From an uncultured Eubacteriales bacterium (lineage in GTDB: Bacteria; Acidobacteriota; Aminicenantia; Aminicenantales; Aminicenantaceae), in NCBI GenBank assembly GCA_964429695.1, contig CAYSCS010000079.1, forward strand, positions 1,121 to 65,120: a stretch of 64,000 bases of DNA, read 5' to 3'. The notes beneath the pieces are model-generated. The model searched no databases and had not been told where the DNA came from. It worked only from the letters and a program-made list of their open reading frames with translations. This document shows positions 10,542 through 19,190 of the stretch, piece after piece (the stretch's first letter is position 1; the number at the start of each line of letters is the position of its first letter). The position numbers were made by a program, and so were the translations under genes.

Positions 10542-12081
10542 GCTTGAGCTATACAAGAACACTTTTATCTCCATAGCTGAGGAAATGGGAGCCGTTCTCT
10601 GTAGAACTTCTCTTTCGCCCAATATTAAAGAAAGAAGGGACTTTTCCTGTGCCCTTTTCAGCGGAGAGGGACAAATGTTTGCTCAAGGGGCTCACATCCC
10701 TGTTCATCTCGGCGCCATGCCTCTCTCAGTCCAAGCTGCCTTAGAGAGCGTTGATTTTGAGGATGGAGATTTAGTAATCCTTAATGACCCCTATAGAGGA
10801 GGGTCCCATCTTCCTGATATTACCTGTATATCTCCTCTCTTTATCAAAAAAAAGCTTGAATTTTTTGTGGCCTGCAGAGCACACCATGCTGATGTGGGAG
10901 GCATGACCCCAGGTTCAATGCCCCTTGCTATCGAGATCTACCAGGAAGGGTTGATAATCCCTCCCTTGAAATTAATTAGAAGAGGCAAAATAAACAATGA
11001 GCTTTTTGAGCTGATACTCGCAAATGTCAGAACCCCTGAGGAAAGAAGAGGCGATCTTTTAGCTCAATTGGCGGCAAATATGGTCGGGAGGAAGAGGCTC
11101 ATGGAAATTATTCAGAAGTATGGCCTTAACAAAATCAAACAATACACAAATCATCTTCAGAATTATACGGAAAGAATCATCAGAGGGACTATAAGAAATA
11201 TACCCGATGGCTCTTATACTTTCTCTGACTTTATGGATGACGATGGAATAAGCCCTAAACCGGTTAAGATTGGTGTCATTCTGAACATTGTCGGGGATGA
11301 AGCAATAATCGATTTCAGCCCTTCTTCTCCCCAGGTAAAAGGAAATGTAAACGCCAATTTCGCAGTCACCTTCTCTGCTGTTCTATACGTCTTTCGGGCT
11401 CTCATCGAAGAAGATATTCCTTTCAATAGCGGGCTGATGAGACCCTTGAAAATTATTGTGCCCGTTGGCTCTGTTCTTAACGCCCAACCTCCAGCAGCCA
11501 TAGCTGGAGGAAATGTGGAAACTTCTCAAAGAATTGTAGATGTCCTTCTCGGTGCCTTATCCAAGGCAATTCCTGAAAGAATTCCTGCAGCTAGTTCGGG
11601 AACGATGAACAATGTGGCTCTGGGTGGATATGACCCTCTGCTCAAAAAAAATTTTGCTTATTACGAGACCATAGGAGGCGGGATGGGTGCAAGCCTTGAA
11701 TTTAATGGACTGAGTGGAGTCCATACCCATATGACGAACTCTCTCAACACACCCCTGGAAGCCCTTGAAAATTATCTCCCCCTTAGAATCAAGAAATATT
11801 CTCTTCGCTACGGTTCCGGAGGAAAAGGGAAAAAAAGAGGAGGAAACGGAATCATAAGAGAATACGAATTTCTTGTTCCTACTCAAGTGACCATAATTTC
11901 TGAAAGAAGGAAGTTTGCCCCTTATGGACTTCAAGGCGGAAAAAAAGGAAAGAGAGGAAAAAATATACTTATTTCGAGCGGAAAGAAGAAACTCTTAGGC
12001 TCAAAAATCAACTTTCAGGCACAACCTGGCGATATCTTATGTATTGAAACTCCAGGCGGAGCAGGATATGGAAAAACATAA
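10519..12081 (+). CDS. Hydantoinase/5-oxoprolinase subunit B
   Basis: SPNIKERRDFSCALF, HIPVHLGAM, NDPYRGGSHLPD, HHADVGG, GGNVETSQR, THMTNS, TPGGAGYG. Confidence 0.93.
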   Translation: MKEFDPIELELYKNTFISIAEEMGAVLCRTSLSPNIKERRDFSCALFSGEGQMFAQGAHIPVHLGAMPLSVQAALESVDFEDGDLVILNDPYRGGSHLPDITCISPLFIKKKLEFFVACRAHHADVGGMTPGSMPLAIEIYQEGLIIPPLKLIRRGKINNELFELILANVRTPEERRGDLLAQLAANMVGRKRLMEIIQKYGLNKIKQYTNHLQNYTERIIRGTIRNIPDGSYTFSDFMDDDGISPKPVKIGVILNIVGDEAIIDFSPSSPQVKGNVNANFAVTFSAVLYVFRALIEEDIPFNSGLMRPLKIIVPVGSVLNAQPPAAIAGGNVETSQRIVDVLLGALSKAIPERIPAASSGTMNNVALGGYDPLLKKNFAYYETIGGGMGASLEFNGLSGVHTHMTNSLNTPLEALENYLPLRIKKYSLRYGSGGKGKKRGGNGIIREYEFLVPTQVTIISERRKFAPYGLQGGKKGKRGKNILISSGKKKLLGSKINFQAQPGDILCIETPGGAGYGKT

Positions 12082-13270
12082 GAAAAAATTTTCTTTTGGT
12101 CCTGGTTTTGTAGTCACGGCTGCTTTCATCGGACCCGGAACAATAACCACCTGTTCAATGGCAGGTTCTAGATTTGGATATTCCCTAATTTTTGCTCTTG
12201 TTTTTGCTACCTTGACCACAATAATTCTTCAGGAAATGGCGGGAAGATTGAGCTTAATTTCAAACCATGACCTTGCTCAAGCTTTAAGAGAATTTCCTCA
12301 AAATCGGTTGATAAGGTTTACATTTAAAATCCTCACTCTTTCTTCCATAACTCTTGGATGTGCAGCCTACGAGACGGGAAACATCATTGGCGGGGCTTTA
12401 GGTCTAGAAATGATCTCTCCAATTTCTGCAAAATCTTGGACAATCCTGATTGCTCTAGTGGCTATCGTTATCCTCAGTAGAAATAAATACGTCCTAGTCG
12501 AGAAATTTCTCGTAGCTCTCGTTTTTCTCATGAGCTTATCCTTTTTTCTTACGGTAATAATTATCAAGCCTTCTTTGCTTTCTATTTTTAAGGGGTTTAT
12601 TCCCAGCTTCCCCAAAAATTCTCTCTACATCATTCTGGCTCTGGTGGGAACTACCGTTGTCCCCTATAATCTTTTCCTCCATTCTTCTGCAGTAAAAGAA
12701 AAATGGGGGAATAAAACTCATCTAAAGGATGTCAAAAAAGACTTGCTTTTTTCTATTACCTTGGGGGGTATAATCTCAGCCTCCATAGTCATCACTTCTG
12801 CTGTTTCTTTTCACGAAAAAGGAATCATGATTGAAAAAGGATCCAGCATGGCTGAACAACTGAGTCCCCTCTTTGGGCCTCTAACTAATTTCCTTTTCGG
12901 TCTTGGTTTTTTTTCTGCTGGGATGAGCTCGGCAATTACTGCTCCTTATGCTGCATCCTTTGCATCCTCTGGTATTCTTGGCTGGAAAGAAGGGTCTAAT
13001 TCTAAGAGTTTTAAACTCGTCTGGATGGCTGTTATTCTGATTGGAGTCTTAGTCTCTTTATCTGGTTTTAATCCATTAGAAGTCATCGTTTTTGCTCAAG
13101 TTGCTAACGGAATCGTCTTACCTGTGGCTTCAATCTTTCTCCTCATTGTTCTAAACAATCGGTTCAAAATGGGAAATTTTGCTAACACCCCTTTTCAAAA
13201 TATCCTGGGTGCAATAGTCGTTTTACTCGTGATCTGTCTTGGTCTCTGGAACATAATAAAATTATTTTAA
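12068..13270 (+). CDS. NRAMP-superfamily transporter (YcsG-like, lacks DPGN)
   Basis: GPG..VTAAFIGPGTITT, LQEMAGRL, VGTTVVPYNLFLHS, AGMSSAITAP, AQVANG; about 11 hydrophobic segments; ATG 12068 overlaps the subunit B end. Confidence 0.85.
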   Translation: MEKHKKKFSFGPGFVVTAAFIGPGTITTCSMAGSRFGYSLIFALVFATLTTIILQEMAGRLSLISNHDLAQALREFPQNRLIRFTFKILTLSSITLGCAAYETGNIIGGALGLEMISPISAKSWTILIALVAIVILSRNKYVLVEKFLVALVFLMSLSFFLTVIIIKPSLLSIFKGFIPSFPKNSLYIILALVGTTVVPYNLFLHSSAVKEKWGNKTHLKDVKKDLLFSITLGGIISASIVITSAVSFHEKGIMIEKGSSMAEQLSPLFGPLTNFLFGLGFFSAGMSSAITAPYAASFASSGILGWKEGSNSKSFKLVWMAVILIGVLVSLSGFNPLEVIVFAQVANGIVLPVASIFLLIVLNNRFKMGNFANTPFQNILGAIVVLLVICLGLWNIIKLF

Positions 13271-13272
13271 AC

Positions 13273-13989
13273 TCAAGCTTTAACTCCTTGCTCATCGTCC
13301 TTTAAAGCGAAATCTACTGCAGCAAGAGAATGCAATGCTACAGAATCAAAAAGAGGAAAGCTAAAATCTTTTTGATTGATTATGAGGGGTATTTCTGTGC
13401 ACCCCAGCACTATTCCCTCTGCTCCTCTTTTAGCCAAATTCGCTATAATCCTTTTGAATACTTCTTTTGCTGTCTCCTTAAATTTCCCCATGCAAAACTC
13501 ATCATAAAGAATCTTATGTACCTCTTCCCGCTCATTCAACCCTGGTATAAGAACATCAATTCCATGCCTTTTTCTTAATCTTTGTGTATAGAAATCTTCC
13601 TCCATGGTAAATTTTGTCCCAAGAAGTCCTACCTTTTTCAATCCTCTCTCTTTAATCGCTTCTGCAATTACATCAACGATGTGGAGGATAGGAATTTTAA
13701 TCTGGCTCTGTATTTCATCCGCCAGTTTGTGCATTGTATTTGTACAGATTAGAATAAAATCTGCTCCAGCTTGAGCCAACTTCTTAGAAGCATCGCTAAG
13801 AATACTCGAAGCCACATCCCATTTTCCCTGATGCTGGAGTATTTCTATTTCAGCAAAGTCGAGTGAGAAAAGGATGATCTTAGCTGAATGATGACCACCC
13901 AATCTTTTTTTTACCTCTTGGTTTATTATTCGGTAGTATTCTAAAGTAGATTCCCAGCTCATCCCACCAAGAAGTCCGATGGTCTTCAT
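13273..13989 (-). CDS. Aspartate/glutamate racemase family (YgeA/RacX-like)
   Basis: MKTIGLLGGMSWEST..YY, CTNTMH, LLGTKFTM, LGCTEI. Confidence 0.92.
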   Translation of the reverse strand: MKTIGLLGGMSWESTLEYYRIINQEVKKRLGGHHSAKIILFSLDFAEIEILQHQGKWDVASSILSDASKKLAQAGADFILICTNTMHKLADEIQSQIKIPILHIVDVIAEAIKERGLKKVGLLGTKFTMEEDFYTQRLRKRHGIDVLIPGLNEREEVHKILYDEFCMGKFKETAKEVFKRIIANLAKRGAEGIVLGCTEIPLIINQKDFSFPLFDSVALHSLAAVDFALKDDEQGVKA

Positions 13990-14012
13990 TCAATCCTCAT
14001 TTCACTTTGAAT

Positions 14013-15827
14013 TCAATCAACAGTCAGGGTCTTACTTATGTTTTGGGGTTGGTCAGGATTAATTCCCTTCTTAAGGCTTATATAATAAGCAAGGAGTTGA
14101 GCTATGATAACAGAGAGGATCGGAGAAAAATAATAATTTAATGAAGGAAGGAATATTGTCTCATCTGAATTTAAGGCTAAAGAATCATCAGGAGGGGATA
14201 AAGTGCATACCCTCCCTTTTCGGCAACGGATTTCATTTATATGGGAAAGGGTCATCAAAGAGTCTTCGCGAGAAGAAATGAATAAAACCCAATCCCCTTC
14301 TTTTATGATTGCTAAAGGACCATGTTTGAATTCCGAGGAATATATGCCTTCACAAGGAATGTATGTAACTTCTTTCATCTTGAGCGCTGCTTCCAGACAG
14401 GCTCCATAATTTATCCCAAATCCAAGATAATAAAGATATTTCTTGCGATAGAGATGGCTGGCAATCTTCTGGCATTTTTCTGAATTCAAAGAAATTGTCT
14501 TCTCGATAAGGGAGGGAAGGGAGAGTATTTCTATTTTTTCGATGGGATTTTTCCCACCAGATCCACTCCTCAATTTTAAGGCAAGATAAAGAAAGATGAT
14601 TACTTGATTTGTGAAAGTCTTTGTAGCTGGTACACTAATTTCAATATTTGTAAGAAGAGGTAGAAAGTTCTTTACCCTGAGGTGGAGAGAGGAACCTAAA
14701 ACGTTGACTATGGCTAAAATCTTTTTAACTCCCTTCTCTTCCAGATAGTTCAGTGCCGAGATCACGTCCTTTGTTTCCCCGCTCTGAGAAACAAGGATAA
14801 ATGTGCTTCGTGAAAGGTTCTCTGCGTTAATGAATTCTTTAAAGGCACCAGCCATAACTGGAAAAGCCTCAACTTCTGCAATCTTATTCAAATAATAAGA
14901 GCCGATGACGCAGGCATTGTAAGATGATCCTGAGCCAACAAGATATATTCTTTTTTCTCTCTTTAATTCAGCGCAAAATTCCTCTACTTTACTCGAATTC
15001 ATCAAAAAATCGAGGAGTGCCTTAGATTTTTGTGGCTGCTCATAGATCTCTTTAATCATAAAATGAGAAAATTCTCCTTTTTTGGCTTCTTCTATATTCA
15101 ATGTTCTCTTTACTGGCTCTCTCTTGATTTCTCTACCAGTAAAAATATCCTTAATCTTGTAATTTTCCCAATTGAGCTCGACATACTCTCCATCGTAAAT
15201 AGGAACTATCAAATCTGTAAGCGGGATTATCGAAGGAAGGTCAGAAGAACAACAGATGAAATCATCTCCTACCCCAAGATACAGAGATGAGTATTTTTTC
15301 ACGCAATACATTTTATCCATGTCTCTTCTGGTAACCACATAGGCATAATCTCCTTTAAGGATTGAAGATGCTTTCTCGATAGCAATGCTCATTTTTTTAA
15401 ACTCATTGTACAATTCTTCCAATACATGAACTATCACTTCTCCATCATTTTCTCCTCGAAACGAATGCCCTCTTTTTTTGTATTCACTAATAAGTTCCTT
15501 GGTATTGATTATATTTCCGTTATGAGCCCCTACCATCAATCTAGTACAATCGAAATGGGGTTGAGAATTATTTTTTGATGGGGGGCCAAATGTTGCCCAG
15601 CGTAATTGCACTATACCTTTATACCCTTCAAGCTCCTCGAAGCGATGCTTCCTGTTTACCTCTTCTATTTCTCCCACATCTTTCCTTAACTCTACAGAAT
15701 CTTCGGTGAAGGCAGCCATACCAACTGAATCATACCCCCTGTAAGTGAGCCTCCTTCCTGCTTGAAGCAAGATAGTACCAAGGTCTTTCTTGTGTTCTTT
15801 AAAAATAATACCAAAAATCCCGCACAT
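14013..15827 (-). CDS. glmS: Glutamine--fructose-6-phosphate aminotransferase
   Basis: N-terminal MCGIFG, RGYDS, RWAT, HNG, HFMIKEIYEQP, SQSGET, ATKTF, EAALKMKE, KHGP, C-terminal SKTLTVD. Confidence 0.9.
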   Translation of the reverse strand: MCGIFGIIFKEHKKDLGTILLQAGRRLTYRGYDSVGMAAFTEDSVELRKDVGEIEEVNRKHRFEELEGYKGIVQLRWATFGPPSKNNSQPHFDCTRLMVGAHNGNIINTKELISEYKKRGHSFRGENDGEVIVHVLEELYNEFKKMSIAIEKASSILKGDYAYVVTRRDMDKMYCVKKYSSLYLGVGDDFICCSSDLPSIIPLTDLIVPIYDGEYVELNWENYKIKDIFTGREIKREPVKRTLNIEEAKKGEFSHFMIKEIYEQPQKSKALLDFLMNSSKVEEFCAELKREKRIYLVGSGSSYNACVIGSYYLNKIAEVEAFPVMAGAFKEFINAENLSRSTFILVSQSGETKDVISALNYLEEKGVKKILAIVNVLGSSLHLRVKNFLPLLTNIEISVPATKTFTNQVIIFLYLALKLRSGSGGKNPIEKIEILSLPSLIEKTISLNSEKCQKIASHLYRKKYLYYLGFGINYGACLEAALKMKEVTYIPCEGIYSSEFKHGPLAIIKEGDWVLFISSREDSLMTLSHINEIRCRKGRVCTLSPPDDSLALNSDETIFLPSLNYYFSPILSVIIAQLLAYYISLKKGINPDQPQNISKTLTVD

Positions 15828-15835
15828 TTTGGTCT

Positions 15836-17026
15836 CTAGATAAAATCACAGCACTCTTTATAGAATTCAATTATTTTGGAAATGACATATTCCTGTTGAA
15901 CAATTGATAATTCAGGATAAATTGGCAAAGCCAAAACTTCCCTGGCGGCCTTTTCAGCTTCAGGGAAGCTTCCTTGTTTATATCCGAGATAGGAAAAACA
16001 GGGCTGGAGATGGAGAGGTAAAGGATAGTAAATTTCAGCTCCTATGCCATTCTGTCTTAAAAAACCATGAAGCTTATCTCGTTCTCTGGCTCTAATAACA
16101 TATTGATGGAAGGTATGGTAGTTTTTAACCCCTCTGTTCTTATAAACTGATACAGGTGGGATTATGAGTTCTCTTTCAACCAACCCTGAATGAATAAGCA
16201 TCTGCTCATAAAGAAGAGCCTTTTCCTGTCGAGCTTTAATCCAGCCTTCAAGATACTTGAGCTTAACCCTTAGAATTGCAGCTTGGAGAGCATCGAGTCT
16301 AAAATTTCCGCCAATGAGTTCATAAAAATATTTGTTTCTGGCTCCATGAACTCTGAGCATTTTCAACTTTTCTGAAAGTTCAGAATCATTAGTAACCACC
16401 ATCCCCCCGTCTCCATAAGCTCCTAGATTTTTGGAAGGATAAAAAGAAATTATACTCGCTTTTCCTAGAGAGCATACCCTCCAAACCCTTTCTTCGCCAG
16501 GATAATCTGCGCCAATTGCCTGGGCTGCATCAGAGAGAACTTTAAATTCATATTCCTCTGAGAGCGAAAGAATCGCTGACATATCTGAACTCTGCCCATA
16601 AAGATGGACAGGTATCACTATTTTTATTTCGGATTTTTGGTTATTTTTTCTTCTCTTCTTGAGCAGTTCTTCAAGCTTTTCTGGAGATAAGTTATAAGTT
16701 TTCGGGTCAATATCGCAGAAAACAGGAGTTGCTCTGAGTCTTGCTACAGTCCCTGCGGTCGCAAAAAATGTGAAGGGTGTGGTAGCTACTATATCTCCTT
16801 CCTGAACGCCTAAAGCCATGAGAGAGATGAGGAGGGCATCCGAGCCTGAAGAAACTCCTACGGCATATTTTGTTTCGCAAAAGTTTGTAATCTCTTTCTC
16901 AAACTCTTCAACTTCTTGACCAAGGATGAATTGTTGACTTGAAACTATCTCGAAAATCTTCCTATCAATTTCTTCCTTTATGCTCAGGTATTGAGCCTTA
17001 AGGTCAAGAGCCGGAACTAGCATCAT
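15836..17026 (-). CDS. DegT/DnrJ/EryC1/StrS PLP-dependent sugar aminotransferase
   Basis: DLKAQY, GVSSGSDAL, PVHLYGQ, DAAQAIGA, SFYPSKNLGAYGDGG, RLDALQAA, YYPLPLHLQP. Start placed at ATG 17026 rather than TTG 17056. Confidence 0.9.
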   Translation of the reverse strand: MMLVPALDLKAQYLSIKEEIDRKIFEIVSSQQFILGQEVEEFEKEITNFCETKYAVGVSSGSDALLISLMALGVQEGDIVATTPFTFFATAGTVARLRATPVFCDIDPKTYNLSPEKLEELLKKRRKNNQKSEIKIVIPVHLYGQSSDMSAILSLSEEYEFKVLSDAAQAIGADYPGEERVWRVCSLGKASIISFYPSKNLGAYGDGGMVVTNDSELSEKLKMLRVHGARNKYFYELIGGNFRLDALQAAILRVKLKYLEGWIKARQEKALLYEQMLIHSGLVERELIIPPVSVYKNRGVKNYHTFHQYVIRARERDKLHGFLRQNGIGAEIYYPLPLHLQPCFSYLGYKQGSFPEAEKAAREVLALPIYPELSIVQQEYVISKIIEFYKECCDFI

Positions 17027-17052
17027 CCCTTTCTTAAATAAATTTACTTTCT

Positions 17053-17516
17053 TCAATCTTTCCCTTTCGATGTAAAGTTTCCCTTGATAGGAACCATAAT
17101 TGAGGTTACTACCCTCTTATTATCTAGAATCTCTCTTTTTAAGACACCTCTCAGGCCTTTTAAAGGACCAGCTGTCACTTCAATCTCATCTCCAACCTTA
17201 CGGTTTTTACTTTCTTCAAATTCTACTAACCTGTCTTTTTCTCTCGACTTAATCTCTTCTATGAGGTGTTCATCACCAGAAATCGGAATTTGTCCTTCAC
17301 CCACCACTTTTCTTACTCCCTTCGCGTATCTTACAATTCTGTATTCGTCTGGGGAATCAAAGTAAATGAATTCATATCCTGAAAAAATGGTTTAATTCTC
17401 TCTTTATCCATGTACTTCGGATTATAAACATAAACACCAAAGCCAACCTCCCTGAACAATTTCTCAACCTAAAATTCCTTTTCTGGCTTGGTGTTTAAAA
17501 CGCGCCAGCTTCACAT
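17053..17516 (-). pseudogene. Degenerate RfaH/UpxY/LoaP-type NusG paralog
   Basis: Manual translation: M*SWRVLNTKPEKEF*VEKLFREVGFGVYVYNPKY..KPFF / frameshift / GYEFIYF..YRIVRYAKGVRKVVG (NGN domain), then KOW VGDEIEVTAGPLKGLRGV. Two in-frame stops and at least one, probably two, frameshifts. Confidence 0.85.
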
Positions 17517-17543
17517 TCAATCTTGACCATCCTCTGCGAAAAA

Positions 17544-18368
17544 TCAATCGATGAGTCTGAAAGTGCGATAGAAATCAGGCCTTCTGTCTTTTAGAAAATA
17601 TTTTTTTGCTGGTGATTCTTTTATCAAATCCAAATCACAATCTGCGTGGAGGATAAAATCCTTTCCTTGGGGAGCTCTTGCTATTACTCTTCCCAAAGGG
17701 TCTACGACATAGCTTTCCCCTGAAAAATGCAAGACTTCTTCTTTTCCAACTCGATTGCAAAGAGCCGCATAATAACCATTTTGAAAAGCTGCAACCCTAA
17801 GCTCTGCCTCGAACATTCCTTCTGGCCACTCACCTAAAATTCCTGCTTGAGGAACTACTACTATTTCTGCTCCTTGTATTGCCAAGCCTCTCATATATTC
17901 CGGGAAATGACGATCATAGCATATGGCTACCCCAATCATGCCCTTCTGTGTTCTGTGAACAAATGTCTCTTTATTCCCTGGTGAGTAATATCCCTTTTCA
18001 TAGAATCCCTCGCTCTCCATGATGTGAATCATGCGTGTTATTCCTACTATACTTCCATCGACATCGATTACAGGCGAAGAGTCATATGTTTTTTCTTGGT
18101 CTCTTTCAAAAAGGTTAAGGACAACTACCACGCCATATTTTCTAGCAAGTGCACAAAACTCACCTGTGGTTGGACCTGGCACTGATTCAGCAAGTTCAAG
18201 GAGAGCTTGTGATGCCCTCTTTTGTGGCAGAAAGGGAAGAAAGGCAAGCTCGGAAAAAGCCACCAGTTCCGCACCCTCATCAACTGCGCGACGAAAGGCC
18301 TTAATTCCCTTTTTTAAATTAGATTCATAATGTAAGCTTACACTCTGTTGTACAAGTGCCAGTCTAAT
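17544..18368 (-). CDS. Carbon-nitrogen hydrolase (nitrilase superfamily, carbamoylputrescine amidase/beta-ureidopropionase-like), apparent ATT start
   Basis: Frame extends 35 codons upstream of the ORF-track GTG to ATT-AGA-CTG-GCA-CTT-GTA-CAA-CAG (xRLALVQQ) after SD TAAGGAG. Motifs FSELA, ICYDRHFPE, NRVG.E, FSGESY, DRRPDFY. Confidence 0.85.
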   Translation of the reverse strand: MRLALVQQSVSLHYESNLKKGIKAFRRAVDEGAELVAFSELAFLPFLPQKRASQALLELAESVPGPTTGEFCALARKYGVVVVLNLFERDQEKTYDSSPVIDVDGSIVGITRMIHIMESEGFYEKGYYSPGNKETFVHRTQKGMIGVAICYDRHFPEYMRGLAIQGAEIVVVPQAGILGEWPEGMFEAELRVAAFQNGYYAALCNRVGKEEVLHFSGESYVVDPLGRVIARAPQGKDFILHADCDLDLIKESPAKKYFLKDRRPDFYRTFRLID

Positions 18369-18379
18369 TCTAAATCTCC

Positions 18380-19165
18380 TTATTTATTTTTCTTGAAAAC
18401 TTCAAGGGCCTCTTCAGGCGAAAAGCCTTCGTGCACTACTGCCCTAATCGCTTTTATCATCGCTACAGGATAATCTGACTGCCAGATGTTTCGTCCCATG
18501 TCAACTCCCACCGCGCCTTTCCTAATTGCATCATAGGCAAGTTTTAAGGCATCGAGCTCTGTTTCCAGCTTAGGTCCGCCGGCGATTACAATCGGCACAG
18601 GACAACTTTCTATCACCTTCTCAAATTCCTCACAGTAGTAGGTCTTGATGAAAGTTGCTCCTAATTCCGCTGCAATGCGACAGGAAAGGGAAATAAAGCG
18701 CACATCCCTTTTTCCCAGCTCTTTGCCAACGGCTGTCACTGCTAAAACAGGAATCCCATATTCTTGTCCTTTATCAACAAGGGTTGCCAGGCTCATTAAA
18801 GTTTGATGCTCATACTCAGTTCCTACATATATAGAAAAAGCAACAGCAGAAACATTCAACCGCACCGCATCCTCAATAGATGTGGTTATTTCTTCATTGG
18901 AGAGATCCTTTCCAATGATGCTCGTCCCTCCACTCACCCTCAGGACTATAGGCACAGAAATTTCAGGAGCTACACAGTTACGAAGGATCCCCCTTGTCAA
19001 CATCAAGGCATCTGCATGAGGGGCGAGAGGTTCAATAGTTTTTTTTGCGTTCTCAAGACGCGTTATCGGACCAAGAAAGTATCCATGGTCAACGGCTAGC
19101 ATCACGGTGCGACCTGTATCTGGTTTGATTATTCTTGAAAGGCGATTTTTCATTCCCCAGTCCAT
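18380..19165 (-). CDS. lsrF: LsrF-family thiolase / class I aldolase
   Basis: MDWGMKNRLSRII, MLAVDHGYFLGP, LRVSGG, RIAAELGA..KTYY, AGGPK, GVDMGRNIWQS; start placed at ATG 19165 after AGGAG. Confidence 0.88.
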   Translation of the reverse strand: MDWGMKNRLSRIIKPDTGRTVMLAVDHGYFLGPITRLENAKKTIEPLAPHADALMLTRGILRNCVAPEISVPIVLRVSGGTSIIGKDLSNEEITTSIEDAVRLNVSAVAFSIYVGTEYEHQTLMSLATLVDKGQEYGIPVLAVTAVGKELGKRDVRFISLSCRIAAELGATFIKTYYCEEFEKVIESCPVPIVIAGGPKLETELDALKLAYDAIRKGAVGVDMGRNIWQSDYPVAMIKAIRAVVHEGFSPEEALEVFKKNK

Positions 19166-19190
19166 TTTTTCTCTCCTCATCCAAAATTTA

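Noticed and set aside
17468-17516. Selenocysteine, pyrrolysine or alternative-code readthrough in the NusG paralog
   Set aside because: Both TGA and TAG occur along with frameshifts, and both codons act as normal stops elsewhere in the window; decay is simpler.
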